Shown piece by piece: positions 43,685 through 56,149 of a stretch of DNA of 64,000 bases. This stretch comes from an uncultured Gammaproteobacteria bacterium (GTDB lineage Bacteria; Pseudomonadota; Gammaproteobacteria; Natronospirales; REEB76): positions 83,681 through 147,680 of the forward strand of contig CAZPAO010000001.1 of the NCBI GenBank assembly GCA_964584665.1. Direction: 5' to 3'. The translations under genes and the position numbers were made by a program. The notes under the pieces are model-generated. The model searched no databases, was not told where the DNA came from, and saw only the letters and a program-made list of their open reading frames with translations. The first letter of the stretch is position 1, and every line of letters begins with the position of its first letter.

Positions 43685-43807
43685 GAATCGGGTTAGGGGT
43701 AGTCCCCTATATGTCGTGGGAGGCGGTCAGGGGGAGGGGGATTCGACCTTTATGTCGTGCTTGGTTAATATCCCGCGGCGCAGCCCGCGTTCCCTGCCGA
43801 TGGCCTC

Positions 43808-44833
43808 ATGCCTGCACCTGCCGCATCCAAGATACTGGTCATCCGCAACGACAAGCTTGGCGATTTCATGCTCGCCTGGCCGGCCCTGGCCCTCTTGCGG
43901 GCTGCCCAGCCTAAGGCCCACATCGCCGTGCTGGTGCCGGCCTATACGGCGCCCCTGGCGGAGGCCTGTCCTTATATAGATGAGGTGATCCTGGACCCGA
44001 GGCAGAAGGGGGAGTGGCGGAACGGCCGGGCCTTAAGCCGGCTCCTCAAGCCCAAGGGCTTCGATGCGGTCATCACGCTCTTCTCGCGCTTCGACACCGG
44101 CCTCGGCGTATGGCTCGCCGGCATCCCGCGCCGCTATGCGCCCGCCACCAAGCTCGCGCAACTCTTCCACAACCGCCGCATCCCCCAGCGGCGTTCCCGC
44201 TCCGAGAAGCCGGAGTACGTGTACAACCAGGATCTGGTGCGCGTGTTCCTGGAAGAGCAGGGCGTGACCAAGCTGAAGCCGACCGAAGCGCCCTATCTCG
44301 AGTTCAAACCGGCCGAGATCAAGAAGCTGAAGCAAGCCTTCCTGAAGGAACACAAGATCGCCGCGACGAAGCAACTGCTGTTCGTGCATGCAGGGCATGG
44401 CGGTTCGGCCAACAACCTCTCACTGGGGCAGTACGGCCATCTCGCGCGCGCGCTGGCCGGCGCCAAGCGCCATCTCGTGCTCACGGCGGGCCCGACCGAG
44501 GAAGCGCAGGCCCGGCGGCTCTCCAGCCTCATCGAGGGTCCGCACACGGTGCTGGTATCGAAAGAGGGGCTGCTGGATTTCGCGCAACACCTGGCCTTCG
44601 CCGATCTTTTCATCAGCGGGTCCACCGGTCCCTTGCATGTGGCGGCGGCGCTGGACCGCCCCACGGCCGCGTTCTATCCGCGCCGCCGTTCCTCCACCGC
44701 CCTGCGCTGGCAGACCGTGAATCACGCGGACCGGCGCCTGGCTTTCATGCCGCCGGAAAGCGCCGATGAGAGCGACATGGGGAGCATCGACCTGGATAAG
44801 GCGGCCGCCGCCATCGTGAAAGGGCTGTTGTGA
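43808..44833 (+). CDS. Glycosyltransferase family 9 (heptosyltransferase-like)
   Basis: ILVIRNDKLGDFMLAWPALALLR N-terminus and C-terminal FISGSTGPLHVAAAL, typical of the RfaF/RfaC family. Confidence 0.8.
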   Translation: MPAPAASKILVIRNDKLGDFMLAWPALALLRAAQPKAHIAVLVPAYTAPLAEACPYIDEVILDPRQKGEWRNGRALSRLLKPKGFDAVITLFSRFDTGLGVWLAGIPRRYAPATKLAQLFHNRRIPQRRSRSEKPEYVYNQDLVRVFLEEQGVTKLKPTEAPYLEFKPAEIKKLKQAFLKEHKIAATKQLLFVHAGHGGSANNLSLGQYGHLARALAGAKRHLVLTAGPTEEAQARRLSSLIEGPHTVLVSKEGLLDFAQHLAFADLFISGSTGPLHVAAALDRPTAAFYPRRRSSTALRWQTVNHADRRLAFMPPESADESDMGSIDLDKAAAAIVKGLL

Positions 44834-45120
44834 CCCAAAGCCTGCCGGCATCCCGGAACCCGCTCGCGCGGGCCTTGACCATGTTGGCGGTGTTGGCGGC
44901 CTTCGCCGTGTCCTTGTTCCTCGGCACCGTGCTGTTCCTGGTGGTGTTGGGTGCTTTGTTGATCCTGGGCGTGGCGCTCTATCTGCGCTTCTGGTGGCTG
45001 CGCCGCAAGTGGACGCAGCAGATGCAGGGGCGCGGCCCCGGCCATGCCAAGCCGGGCGGCGTCACCCTGGAAGGGGAATACACCGTGCACCGGGATTCCG
45101 ATGCACGGCGTGATGACTGA
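44830..45120 (+). CDS. Small hypothetical membrane protein (two TM helices, charged tail)
   Basis: GTGA overlap with the GT9 stop. The hydrophobic stretch LTMLAVLAAFAVSLFLGTVLFLVVLGALLILGVALYL is followed by RFWWLRRKW. I recognise no family. Confidence 0.5.
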   Translation: MTQSLPASRNPLARALTMLAVLAAFAVSLFLGTVLFLVVLGALLILGVALYLRFWWLRRKWTQQMQGRGPGHAKPGGVTLEGEYTVHRDSDARRDD

Positions 45121-45127
45121 CGGGGAC

Positions 45128-45823
45128 TTAAGGCAGATCGAACAGCAGGGCTTCCGTGCCGGTCACCGCTTCCAGCTTTAGCGCCGCTTCCTTCTCCAGC
45201 ATCGCACCATCGCCTTCCTTGAGTAGCGTGCCGTTCAGTTTCAACGAGCCTTCCGCCACCTGCAGGTAGGCGTGGCGTCCCGCATCCAGCGGGTGCTGCA
45301 CGGTCGTGCCTGCATCCAGGCGGCCTGCGTAGATCGTCGCATCCTGCTGGATGCGCACCGAGCCCTCCCGTCCGTCCGGCGAAGCCACCAGGCGCAGCTT
45401 GTTGCGCAGGTCCATATCGTCGAAATGGATCTGTTCGTAGCCCGGGGCGCCGCCGCGGGAGCGGGGCAGGATCCATATCTGCAAGAGGCGCGTCTCGCCA
45501 TCGGCGGCGTTAGCCTCGCTGTGCACCACGCCGGTGCCGGCGCTCATGCGTTGCACGTCGCCCGGCCGGATCACCGAACCGTTGCCCATGCTGTCCTTAT
45601 GGCCGATGGCGCCCTTCAGGATGTAGGTGATGATCTCCATGTCCCGGTGCGGGTGCGCGCCGAAGCCGCCACCCTTGGCGATGCGGTCGTCATTGATGAC
45701 CCGCAGCGCCGAATAGCCCATGTGCTCCGGGTCGTGGTAGTCCGCGAAGGAGAAGCTGTGCCAGCTGTCGAGCCAGCCATGGTCGGCATGGCCGCGTTCG
45801 GTGGCGGGACGCAGGGTGAGCAT
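45128..45823 (-). CDS. Pirin-family protein (YhhW-like bicupin)
   Basis: [23 protein letters not shown]...[17 protein letters not shown] motifs. ATG 45823 has a GGAGA RBS. The ORF-track start 45880 is an upstream extension. Confidence 0.85.
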   Translation of the reverse strand: MLTLRPATERGHADHGWLDSWHSFSFADYHDPEHMGYSALRVINDDRIAKGGGFGAHPHRDMEIITYILKGAIGHKDSMGNGSVIRPGDVQRMSAGTGVVHSEANAADGETRLLQIWILPRSRGGAPGYEQIHFDDMDLRNKLRLVASPDGREGSVRIQQDATIYAGRLDAGTTVQHPLDAGRHAYLQVAEGSLKLNGTLLKEGDGAMLEKEAALKLEAVTGTEALLFDLP

Positions 45824-45944
45824 GGATGTCTCCGGTGGCGTGTATGGCGGGGATATTGTGCCGGAAACCGCGGTTTTCAAGCTGCAGGGTTGGAAGCGGC
45901 CGGCCCGGCCGGTACAATGCGCGCCCCCAACCGGTGAAACGCAG

Positions 45945-46568
45945 ATGAAGCCCTATAACCAGTGGCGACCCCACCCCTGGCACGGCCTCGAACTGGGCGA
46001 AGAAGCCCCGGCCGTGGTCAACGCCTACATCGAGATCACGCCCTTCGACGTGGTGAAGTATGAGGTGGACAAGGCCACGGGTTACCTGCGGGTCGACCGT
46101 CCCCAACGCAGTTCCGCCCACATGCCGGCGCTCTACGGCTTCGTGCCGCGCACCTACTGCGGCCCGCGGGTCGGCAAGCTGGCGGGCGAGGGCATCCCGG
46201 GCGACAAGGACCCCTTGGACATCTGCGTATTCTCCGAGCGGCCCATCGCGCGTTCCGAGGTGCTCATGAGCGCGCGGGTCATCGGCGGCCTGCGCATGAT
46301 CGATGGTGGCGAGGCGGACGACAAGATCATCGCCGTGTTGGCCAGCGACAACCTATGGGGACACGCCCGTGAACTGCAGGATTTGCCCCACGTGATGGTG
46401 GAGCGGCTGGTGCATTACTTCAGCACTTACAAGTGGGTTCCGGGCCAAGCCCATAAGGTTGACGTGCAAGCGGCCTACAACCACGAGCAGGCCTATGCCG
46501 TCATCAAGGCGGCCCATGCGGATTATCTGGAGCATTTCGGCGAGAGCGACGTCCCGGTCGACATCTGA
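45945..46568 (+). CDS. ppa: Inorganic diphosphatase (family I)
   Basis: [18 protein letters not shown]...DKDPLDICV...[12 protein letters not shown] motifs. The start is placed at ATG 45945. Confidence 0.88.
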   Translation: MKPYNQWRPHPWHGLELGEEAPAVVNAYIEITPFDVVKYEVDKATGYLRVDRPQRSSAHMPALYGFVPRTYCGPRVGKLAGEGIPGDKDPLDICVFSERPIARSEVLMSARVIGGLRMIDGGEADDKIIAVLASDNLWGHARELQDLPHVMVERLVHYFSTYKWVPGQAHKVDVQAAYNHEQAYAVIKAAHADYLEHFGESDVPVDI

Positions 46569-46584
46569 CGGTTTCTGCCGTCAG
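46565..46584. terminator. Hairpin between convergent ppa and the suf-operon tail (no T-run)
   Basis: CTGACGG-TTTCTG-CCGTCAG spans both stop codons. Confidence 0.35.
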
Positions 46585-46985
46585 TGGCCCAGGGTGTAGG
46601 TCAGCTTGATATGGAAATGAGTTACCCCAGCCAATTCAGATGGCTTGGGCGGAAACTTGGCGTTCTCAACTGAACGGATCGCAGCGCGATTCAGGTCGCG
46701 GCTAGCGGTGGTGGCGCCCAGCGTCACGTTGGTGGCTTTGCCGTCGCCTGCATAATCGAACTCCACTACGACTACGCCTTGCTCGCCGTTCATCGCCGCT
46801 TCCTTCGGATAGTAGCCTCCCTTCTCGACCGCAGCCTGAAGTTTTGCTTCGAAGGCGGTCAGGGCCTGACTGTTGTCAGCGATGGCGTCGGGAATGGAAG
46901 CAGCGGAGGGAGCAGGGTTGGCGGCGTTGACCGCCATCGCGAAGATGAGCAGGGGCAGGTAAGTCAGCGTTTTGACGGTAGTCAT
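46581..46985 (-). CDS. Small periplasmic TonB C-terminal-domain-like protein
   Basis: Signal peptide MTTVKTLTYLPLLIFAMAVNA. TonB_C-like YPKEAAMNGEQGVVVVEFDY...NVTLGATTASRDLNRAAIRSVENAKF. Starts 17 nt after the Rieske gene and has an AGGGGGA RBS. Confidence 0.6.
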   Translation of the reverse strand: MTTVKTLTYLPLLIFAMAVNAANPAPSAASIPDAIADNSQALTAFEAKLQAAVEKGGYYPKEAAMNGEQGVVVVEFDYAGDGKATNVTLGATTASRDLNRAAIRSVENAKFPPKPSELAGVTHFHIKLTYTLGH

Positions 46986-47002
46986 TGGGTCCCCCTTTGC
47001 AG

Positions 47003-47323
47003 TCAGTCCCAGCGATCGTCTTTCACCTGGACGATACCATCCTGGATGCGGACTGGGAAAGCGGCTGTCGGCTCATAGGCCGGGGCTGTGAGGGCTTCGC
47101 CGCTGCGGATGTCGAAGGTGGCGCCGTGGCGGGGGCAGGTGATGATGCAGCCTTGTATCGGGCCGCCCGTGAGGATGCCGCCGTCATGGGTGCAGACGTC
47201 CTCGATGGCGTAGAACTTCCCGTCCACGTTGAACACCGCGATCATCACGTCGGCCACGTCCACCACCTTGTGGCTCCCGGGCGGGATCTCGCTCGCGGGA
47301 CCGACAGCTACCCATTCAGCCAT
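47003..47323 (-). CDS. Rieske [2Fe-2S] ferredoxin
   Basis: CTHDGG...CPRHGATF Rieske ligand motifs. 106 aa. TGATG junction with sufT. Confidence 0.8.
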   Translation of the reverse strand: MAEWVAVGPASEIPPGSHKVVDVADVMIAVFNVDGKFYAIEDVCTHDGGILTGGPIQGCIITCPRHGATFDIRSGEALTAPAYEPTAAFPVRIQDGIVQVKDDRWD

Positions 47324-47871
47324 CAGTAGTACATCCCGGTCTGGAGTTTCGCCTCTTCCGACATCATCTCCCGGCTCCAGGGCGGATCGAACACCAGTTC
47401 CACATCCGCGCCCTGGATGGTGGGGACCTGCTCAAGCTTATCCTTCACGTCCTGCACCAGGATGCCGCCCATGCCGCAGCCGGGGGCCGTAAGGGTCATC
47501 TTCACGCCCACCTTCTTCTTGTTCGCATCGCCGGGCATGAGCTTGCACTCATACACGAGGCCGAGGTCGACGATGTTGATGGGGATCTCCGGGTCATAAC
47601 AGGTCTTCAGCTGCTCCCACACGAGCTTCTCCACGTCCGCGTCGCTGGGATTCTCCGGCAGCTTGGGGCCCTCCTGGACCTCGCGGCCGAGGGCATCCGC
47701 ATCCTTGCCGGCGATGCGCAGCAGGTTCCCGTCCACGTAGACGGTGAAGCTGCCGCCCAGGGATTGGGCCACGTTCACCTCGGTGCCTTCCGGGATCACC
47801 ACGCGAGTGCCGGCGGGGATCATCACCGCCTCGCAGGAACGTAGGAGCTTGATGGGTTCGCGGTCGTACAT
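47323..47871 (-). CDS. sufT: SUF-system Fe-S assembly protein SufT (long DUF59 type)
   Basis: C-terminal DUF59 motif VWEQLKTCYDPEIPINIVDLGLVY. ~180 aa. Position in the suf operon. Confidence 0.72.
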   Translation of the reverse strand: MYDREPIKLLRSCEAVMIPAGTRVVIPEGTEVNVAQSLGGSFTVYVDGNLLRIAGKDADALGREVQEGPKLPENPSDADVEKLVWEQLKTCYDPEIPINIVDLGLVYECKLMPGDANKKKVGVKMTLTAPGCGMGGILVQDVKDKLEQVPTIQGADVELVFDPPWSREMMSEEAKLQTGMYY

Positions 47872-47874
47872 GCT

Positions 47875-48330
47875 CTATTCCGTGGATATCGGTTTGGCGC
47901 CATCACCTTGCAGCGCACCTTTCAATGTATGCCAGCAGAGACTCGCGCATTTCACCCGCGAGGGGAATTCCCGCACGCCTGAGAGGGCCGCGAGCTTGCC
48001 GAGGTCTTCGGCATCCGCCGGAGCATCGGCGCGGGTGAGGAGGTCATGCATGGTATCGAACAACTGTTCCGCCTCGGCACGGGTCTTGCCCTTCAGCCGC
48101 TCGGTCATGAGGGAGGCCGAAGCCACAGAGATGGCACAGCCACTACCCTCGAAACTCACGTCCGAGAGGGTCTCGCCATCCAGCTTCAGGTACACCGTGA
48201 GCTTATCGCCGCAGAGGGGGTTGAAGCCCTCCACGCATCGGTCCGCGTCCGGGATCTTGCGGAAGTTCCTGGGGGCACGGTTGTGATCGACGATCACGTC
48301 ACGGTAAAGGTCCTTCAGGCTGTCGTTCAC
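47875..48330 (-). CDS. sufU: SufU (NifU/IscU-like sulfur-transfer/scaffold protein of the SUF system)
   Basis: LYRDVIVDHNRAPRNF...NPLCGDKLTVYL...FEGSGCAISVASASLMTE...KCASLCW. GTG 48330 sits in a GTGA overlap with the sufS stop. The ORF-track start 48459 lies inside sufS. Confidence 0.85.
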   Translation of the reverse strand: MNDSLKDLYRDVIVDHNRAPRNFRKIPDADRCVEGFNPLCGDKLTVYLKLDGETLSDVSFEGSGCAISVASASLMTERLKGKTRAEAEQLFDTMHDLLTRADAPADAEDLGKLAALSGVREFPSRVKCASLCWHTLKGALQGDGAKPISTE

Positions 48331-49577
48331 GCCAGCACTCCGCGGGCCTTGTCCAGGGCTGCGACAAGCGCATCGATGTCCTCGCGGGTGTTGTAGAAGG
48401 CGAGGGAGGCGCGGGCCGTGGCCGGCAGGTCGAAGCGCTCCATCACAGGCATGGCGCAATGATGGCCGGTGCGGATGGCGACCCCTTCCTGGTCCACGAT
48501 AGTGCCAAGGTCATGGGGATGGACGCCCTGCATGACGAAGGACACCACGCCGGCCTTGTGACGGGCAGTACCCACGAGCCGCACGCCCTTGACCGAGCCG
48601 ATGCGGTCCGTGGCGTAAGCCAGGAGTCCGTGCTCATAAGCTTCGATGGCCGCGAGTCCCACCTGGTTCAGGTAATCCACCGCGGCGCCGAGGCCCACGG
48701 CACCGCCGATGTCCGGCGTGCCAGCCTCGAACTTGTGGGGCAGGTCGTTGTAGGTGGTCTCATCGAATCGCACGATGCGGATCATCTCGCCGCCACCCTG
48801 CCAGGGCGGCATGGCTTCAAGCAGCGCTTGCTTGCCGTAGAGGATGCCGATGCCCGTGGGGGCAAACATCTTGTGGCCGGAGAAGGCATAGAAGTCGCAA
48901 TCCAGGTCCCGCACGTCCACGGCCATATGGGGCACCGCCTGGGCACCGTCCACCAGCACCAGCACGCCGCGGGCATGGGCCTGTGCGGTCATCTCTTTCA
49001 CAGGATTGATGGTGCCGAGGGCATTGGAGACGTGGCCGAACACCGCGATGCGGGTCCTGGGGCTGAGCAGCCTCTCGAAGGCGCCGGGCTCGAGTTCGCC
49101 GGTATCGGTGATGGGGACAACCTTCAGCACGGCACCGGTCAGGCCGGCCACCAGCTGCCAGGGCACGATGTTGGAGTGGTGCTCCATCTGGGTGAGCAGG
49201 ATCTCGTCGCCGGATTTCAGCATAGGGCGCACGAAACTCTGGGCGACTAGGTTTATGGCCTCGGTGGTGCCGCGGGTGTAGACCACTTCCTTCGTGGAAC
49301 GGGCGTTGATGAAGGCACGCACTTTCTCGCGGGCGCCCTCGTAGTCGGCGGTGGCGAGCTCGCTCAGGCGATGCACACCCCGGTGCACGTTGGCGTTGTG
49401 GTGCTCGTAGTACCGCGACACCGCATCGATCACGGCCCGAGGCTTCTGGGACGTGGCGGCGTTGTCGAGATACACGAGGGGCTTGCCGTGCACTTTCTCG
49501 CTGAGGATCGGGAAGTCGCGGCGCCAGCGCAGCGGATCGAAACCGGAAGTCTCTTGAAGAGGGTGGGCTGTGCTCAT
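48327..49577 (-). CDS. sufS: Cysteine desulfurase SufS (class V aminotransferase, group II)
   Basis: FPILSEKVHGKPLVYLDNAATSQKP...FSGHKMFAPTGIGILYG...RTGHHCAMP. ATGA overlap with the sufD stop. Confidence 0.9.
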   Translation of the reverse strand: MSTAHPLQETSGFDPLRWRRDFPILSEKVHGKPLVYLDNAATSQKPRAVIDAVSRYYEHHNANVHRGVHRLSELATADYEGAREKVRAFINARSTKEVVYTRGTTEAINLVAQSFVRPMLKSGDEILLTQMEHHSNIVPWQLVAGLTGAVLKVVPITDTGELEPGAFERLLSPRTRIAVFGHVSNALGTINPVKEMTAQAHARGVLVLVDGAQAVPHMAVDVRDLDCDFYAFSGHKMFAPTGIGILYGKQALLEAMPPWQGGGEMIRIVRFDETTYNDLPHKFEAGTPDIGGAVGLGAAVDYLNQVGLAAIEAYEHGLLAYATDRIGSVKGVRLVGTARHKAGVVSFVMQGVHPHDLGTIVDQEGVAIRTGHHCAMPVMERFDLPATARASLAFYNTREDIDALVAALDKARGVLA

Positions 49578-50856
49578 GACTGCTCCGGCAGGGCGATCTG
49601 GCTGATGGCCGCACTCAGGCGGCGGCGGGCATGGGCGGCAAGGGCGGGCAGGGGCAATAAGGCCATCAGCCGCTCGGCGAAGGCGCCCACGAGCAGACCG
49701 CGGGCCGCTTCCGCGTCGATGCCGCGGGAGCGCAGGTAGAAGAGTTGCTGCTCGTCCAACTGGCCGACGGTGGCGCCGTGGCTGCACTTCACGTCGTCGG
49801 CGTAGATCTCGAGTTCCGGCTTGGTGTCGATCTCGACGCCACGGGAGAGCAGGAGGTTGTGGTTCGCCTGTGCGGCATCGGTCTTGACCGCGTGGGGAGC
49901 CACCACCACCTTGCCGTTGAACACCGCGCGGCCCTGGCCGTCCAGGATGCCGCGATACAGTTCCCGGCTCGTGGTGTGGGGCGCGAGATGATCCACGCGG
50001 GTATGGTTATCCAGATGCTGGCGGCCGTTGACGGCATAGAAGCCGTTGAGTTCAGCCTCGGCACCGGCGGCGCTCAGGCTCACCGCGAGATCCAGCCGGC
50101 TCCAGGCCGCGCCGGCCTGGAAGTTATGGGAGATGTAGCTGCTGTCGGCCGCCTGCTCCACCAGCACGCGGCCCAGGTGGAAGGCTTGGAGGCTCTCGTC
50201 CTGGATGCGCACGTGGGTGAGCTTCGAGCCCGCGTCCAGATGGATCTGCACGCTGCTGTTGGTGAAGTGCTTGGCGCCGTCCAGGCCCGCATAGCGCTCG
50301 ATGAGCATGGCTCGAGCATGCTTGCCCAGCTTCACGACGCTGCGCAGATGATGGGAGGCGGAGTCTATCGTCGGCACGCTCACGTGCAGGAACTCAAGCG
50401 GCTCAGCCGGTTCACCATCCAGGGTCAGCACCAGGGCTTCCTGGAAGAGGGCGGTGTTGAGGTCGAGGAAAGTGTCCTCTTCCCATCCCTTGGGCGCGAT
50501 GAGCAGGGCACGCAGGCTCTCATCGGCATCCACGCTCTGGACCACGCGCACGCCCTGCGGCAGGCGCGAGAGCGCGGCGTCGTAGCGGCCGTTCACGAAC
50601 ACGGCCCGCGGGCAGTCGAGGCCCGGCAGGGTGAGCTTGGCGAAAGCGGCGGCATCCAGCGGCGTCTTGGAACGAGCGGGCTTGAAGCCGCGCTTCTCCA
50701 GCACGGCGAGAGAGGTGTATTTCCAGGCTTCATCCCGCGCCACCGGGAAGCCGCGCGCGGATGCCCGCTGCAGGGCCTGTTCTTTCAGGGCATGCAGCCA
50801 AGCTTGCGGCTTCGGTTGCGCCGCGAAACCTTCGAGATAGGGGGCGAGAGCGCTGC

Positions 50857-50860
<4 letters not shown>
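49574..50860 (-). CDS. sufD: Fe-S cluster assembly protein SufD
   Basis: C-terminal beta-helix region with KCSHGATVGQLDEQQLFYLRSRGI. Position between sufC and sufS. Confidence 0.85.
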
Positions 50861-51615
<755 letters not shown>

Positions 51616-51624
51616 TCGCCTTTC

Positions 51625-53075
<1,451 letters not shown>

Positions 53076-53079
<4 letters not shown>

Positions 53080-53543
53080 TGCTCCCGGCGGCGCGGCGCG
53101 CCTTCGAGCATGCCGCCGAAGTCGAGTCGCGGCGGCAGGGCCACCGGCCGGGCCAGCTGCGCGAGCGTCACGCCACTCAGGGCATCGCGGATGGCGAGGC
53201 TGATGCGCTGCCAGTTGTGGCCGATGCCGCACACCGCCTCGATGCCGCAGCGGCTGTGGCTCATGCTGCACTGGGTGATGGCGACGGGCCCTTCGACCGC
53301 ATCGATGATTTGCACCGCGGTGATCTCTTCCGCCGGGCGCGACAGTGAGTAGCCGCCCTTGGCGCCGCGCTGGGAGCTGACGAGGCCGGCGCGGGCGAAA
53401 TGCTTCAGGAGCTTGCTGACCGTGGGGGCGGCGAGATGCAGCGCGGTGGCGAGTTCGGCCGCTGTATAGAGCCGTTTGGGGTCCCGGGCCATCTCCGCCA
53501 GCACCACGGTGCCGTAGTCGGTCAATTTGCTGAGGCGCAGCAT
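53076..53543 (-). CDS. Rrf2-family transcriptional regulator (IscR/SUF-regulator type) with a Cys cluster
   Basis: [11 protein letters not shown]...wHTH...GAKGGYSL and candidate cluster ligands [15 protein letters not shown]. First gene of the suf operon. Confidence 0.85.
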
Positions 53544-53567
53544 GGGTTTAGCTCGACTTGCGTAAAG

Positions 53568-53584
53568 AGGACTATTTTAGTCCT
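53568..53584. promoter_or_regulatory. Perfect 7-3-7 palindrome AGGACTA-TTT-TAGTCCT upstream of the Rrf2 regulator; IscR type-1-like operator
   Basis: The core GACTATTTTAGTC matches the GACTRWWWYAGTC core of the IscR type-1 site as I recall it. It lies 25-41 nt upstream of the regulator ATG (53543) and also faces the divergent DUF962 gene. Confidence 0.55.
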
Positions 53585-53645
53585 ATTACACGTCCGGATA
53601 AAGCCCGGCGCTATAGTGGCGCCAGGCCCCGGAGGATCAGCAGGC

Positions 53646-53951
53646 ATGAGCCAGGATTACCGCCGTTTCCATGATTTCTACCCCTTCTATCTGGGGGAGC
53701 ACAGCGACCGCGTCTGCCGGCGCCTGCATTTCATCGGCACCAGCCTGGTGCTGCTGACCTTCCTGGCGCTCTTGGTCACGGGCCGCTGGCAATGGTGGTT
53801 CCTGCTCCCGCTGTTCGGCTACGGCTTCGCCTGGGTGGGGCATTTCTTCTTCGAGAAAAACCGGCCCGCTACCTTCACCCATCCCATCTACAGTTTCATC
53901 GGGGATTGGGTCATGTTCCGCGACATACTTTTCGGGAAAATTCCGTTCTGA
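53646..53951 (+). CDS. DUF962 (Mpo1-like) small membrane protein
   Basis: FHDFYPFYLGEHSDRVCRRLHFIGTSL plus two TM helices and FFFEKNRPATF. The start is placed at ATG 53646. Confidence 0.6.
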   Translation: MSQDYRRFHDFYPFYLGEHSDRVCRRLHFIGTSLVLLTFLALLVTGRWQWWFLLPLFGYGFAWVGHFFFEKNRPATFTHPIYSFIGDWVMFRDILFGKIPF

Positions 53952-54038
53952 GACTCGCGTCGTCATCCTGACCCATTCCGTTACAATACGCGCCGCCGGA
54001 GGGGTCCGGCATCGTCTTCAAGCAGAGGGCTGCGCGCA

Positions 54039-54644
54039 ATGACTCAGGCCTGGTACGACAACTGGCTGCTGTGGACGGTGCTGGGCGCTGCCACGGCGCT
54101 GCTGCTCATCGGCTTCGGGCTGTGGGTATGGTCGCGCATGACCGCGGTGCACCGCGACGTGACCCGCACCCTGCGCATCATCTCCGACCGCGTGGTGCGG
54201 GACGTGGTGGTGCCGGACGGCGTCGGCGGTTTCGTGCCGGTGGATGCGCTGGTGCTGAGGGACCGCAAGCTCTACGTGCTGGACATCCGCGACGTGGAAG
54301 GCGCCGTCTTCGGTTCCGAGAAGATGGACATCTGGACCGCCATGGGCAAGCGGCGCCGCTATCAGTTCAACAACCCCATCCGTCCCATGCATGACCGGGT
54401 GGCGGCGGTGAAGTACCTGGTGCCGGGCGTCGAGGTGATGCCGCGTATCTTGTTCACTTCTCGTGGGCACTTCCCCAAGGGGCGTCCCGAAGGCGTGCAG
54501 CTCCTGGAGGAGTTCGCCCAGCCGCTGCTGCGCGCGAAGCCGAAGGCTCCCGTGGAACTGGACTCTCAGATGGACGGGATCTGGCTCAAGGTCTGCGAAG
54601 CGGCCAACGTGCCACCTGGCAAGGAACGGCCGCTGCCACGCTGA
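54039..54644 (+). CDS. NERD-domain-like membrane-anchored protein
   Basis: N-terminal TM helix followed by VPDGVGGFVPVDALVLRDRKLYVLDIRDVEGAVFG...NPIRPMHDRVAAVKYL, which resembles the nuclease-related NERD domain. Confidence 0.5.
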   Translation: MTQAWYDNWLLWTVLGAATALLLIGFGLWVWSRMTAVHRDVTRTLRIISDRVVRDVVVPDGVGGFVPVDALVLRDRKLYVLDIRDVEGAVFGSEKMDIWTAMGKRRRYQFNNPIRPMHDRVAAVKYLVPGVEVMPRILFTSRGHFPKGRPEGVQLLEEFAQPLLRAKPKAPVELDSQMDGIWLKVCEAANVPPGKERPLPR

Positions 54645-54653
54645 AAGCTCAAG

Positions 54654-54686
54654 AAGACGCCGTGGCCCTCCACGGCGTCTTTCGTT
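54654..54686. terminator. Rho-independent terminator between convergent genes
   Basis: 12-bp stem AAGACGCCGTGG / CCACGGCGTCTT with loop CCCT, followed by TCGTT on the plus strand. Confidence 0.65.
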
Positions 54687-54693
54687 GGGGCGC

Positions 54694-56103
<1,410 letters not shown>

Positions 56104-56149
56104 CGTCGTCTCCAGGGATGCAGGCTTGGAAAATGGGGGGATGCCGAGT

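Noticed and set aside
43727-43760. GGGGGAGGGGGATTCGACC resembles the 5' end of tmRNA (GGGG…GGATTCGAC).
   Set aside because: No tag-peptide reading frame and no tRNA-like 3' end (T-arm/CCA context) within the available ~350 nt. The region is too short before the GT9 gene.
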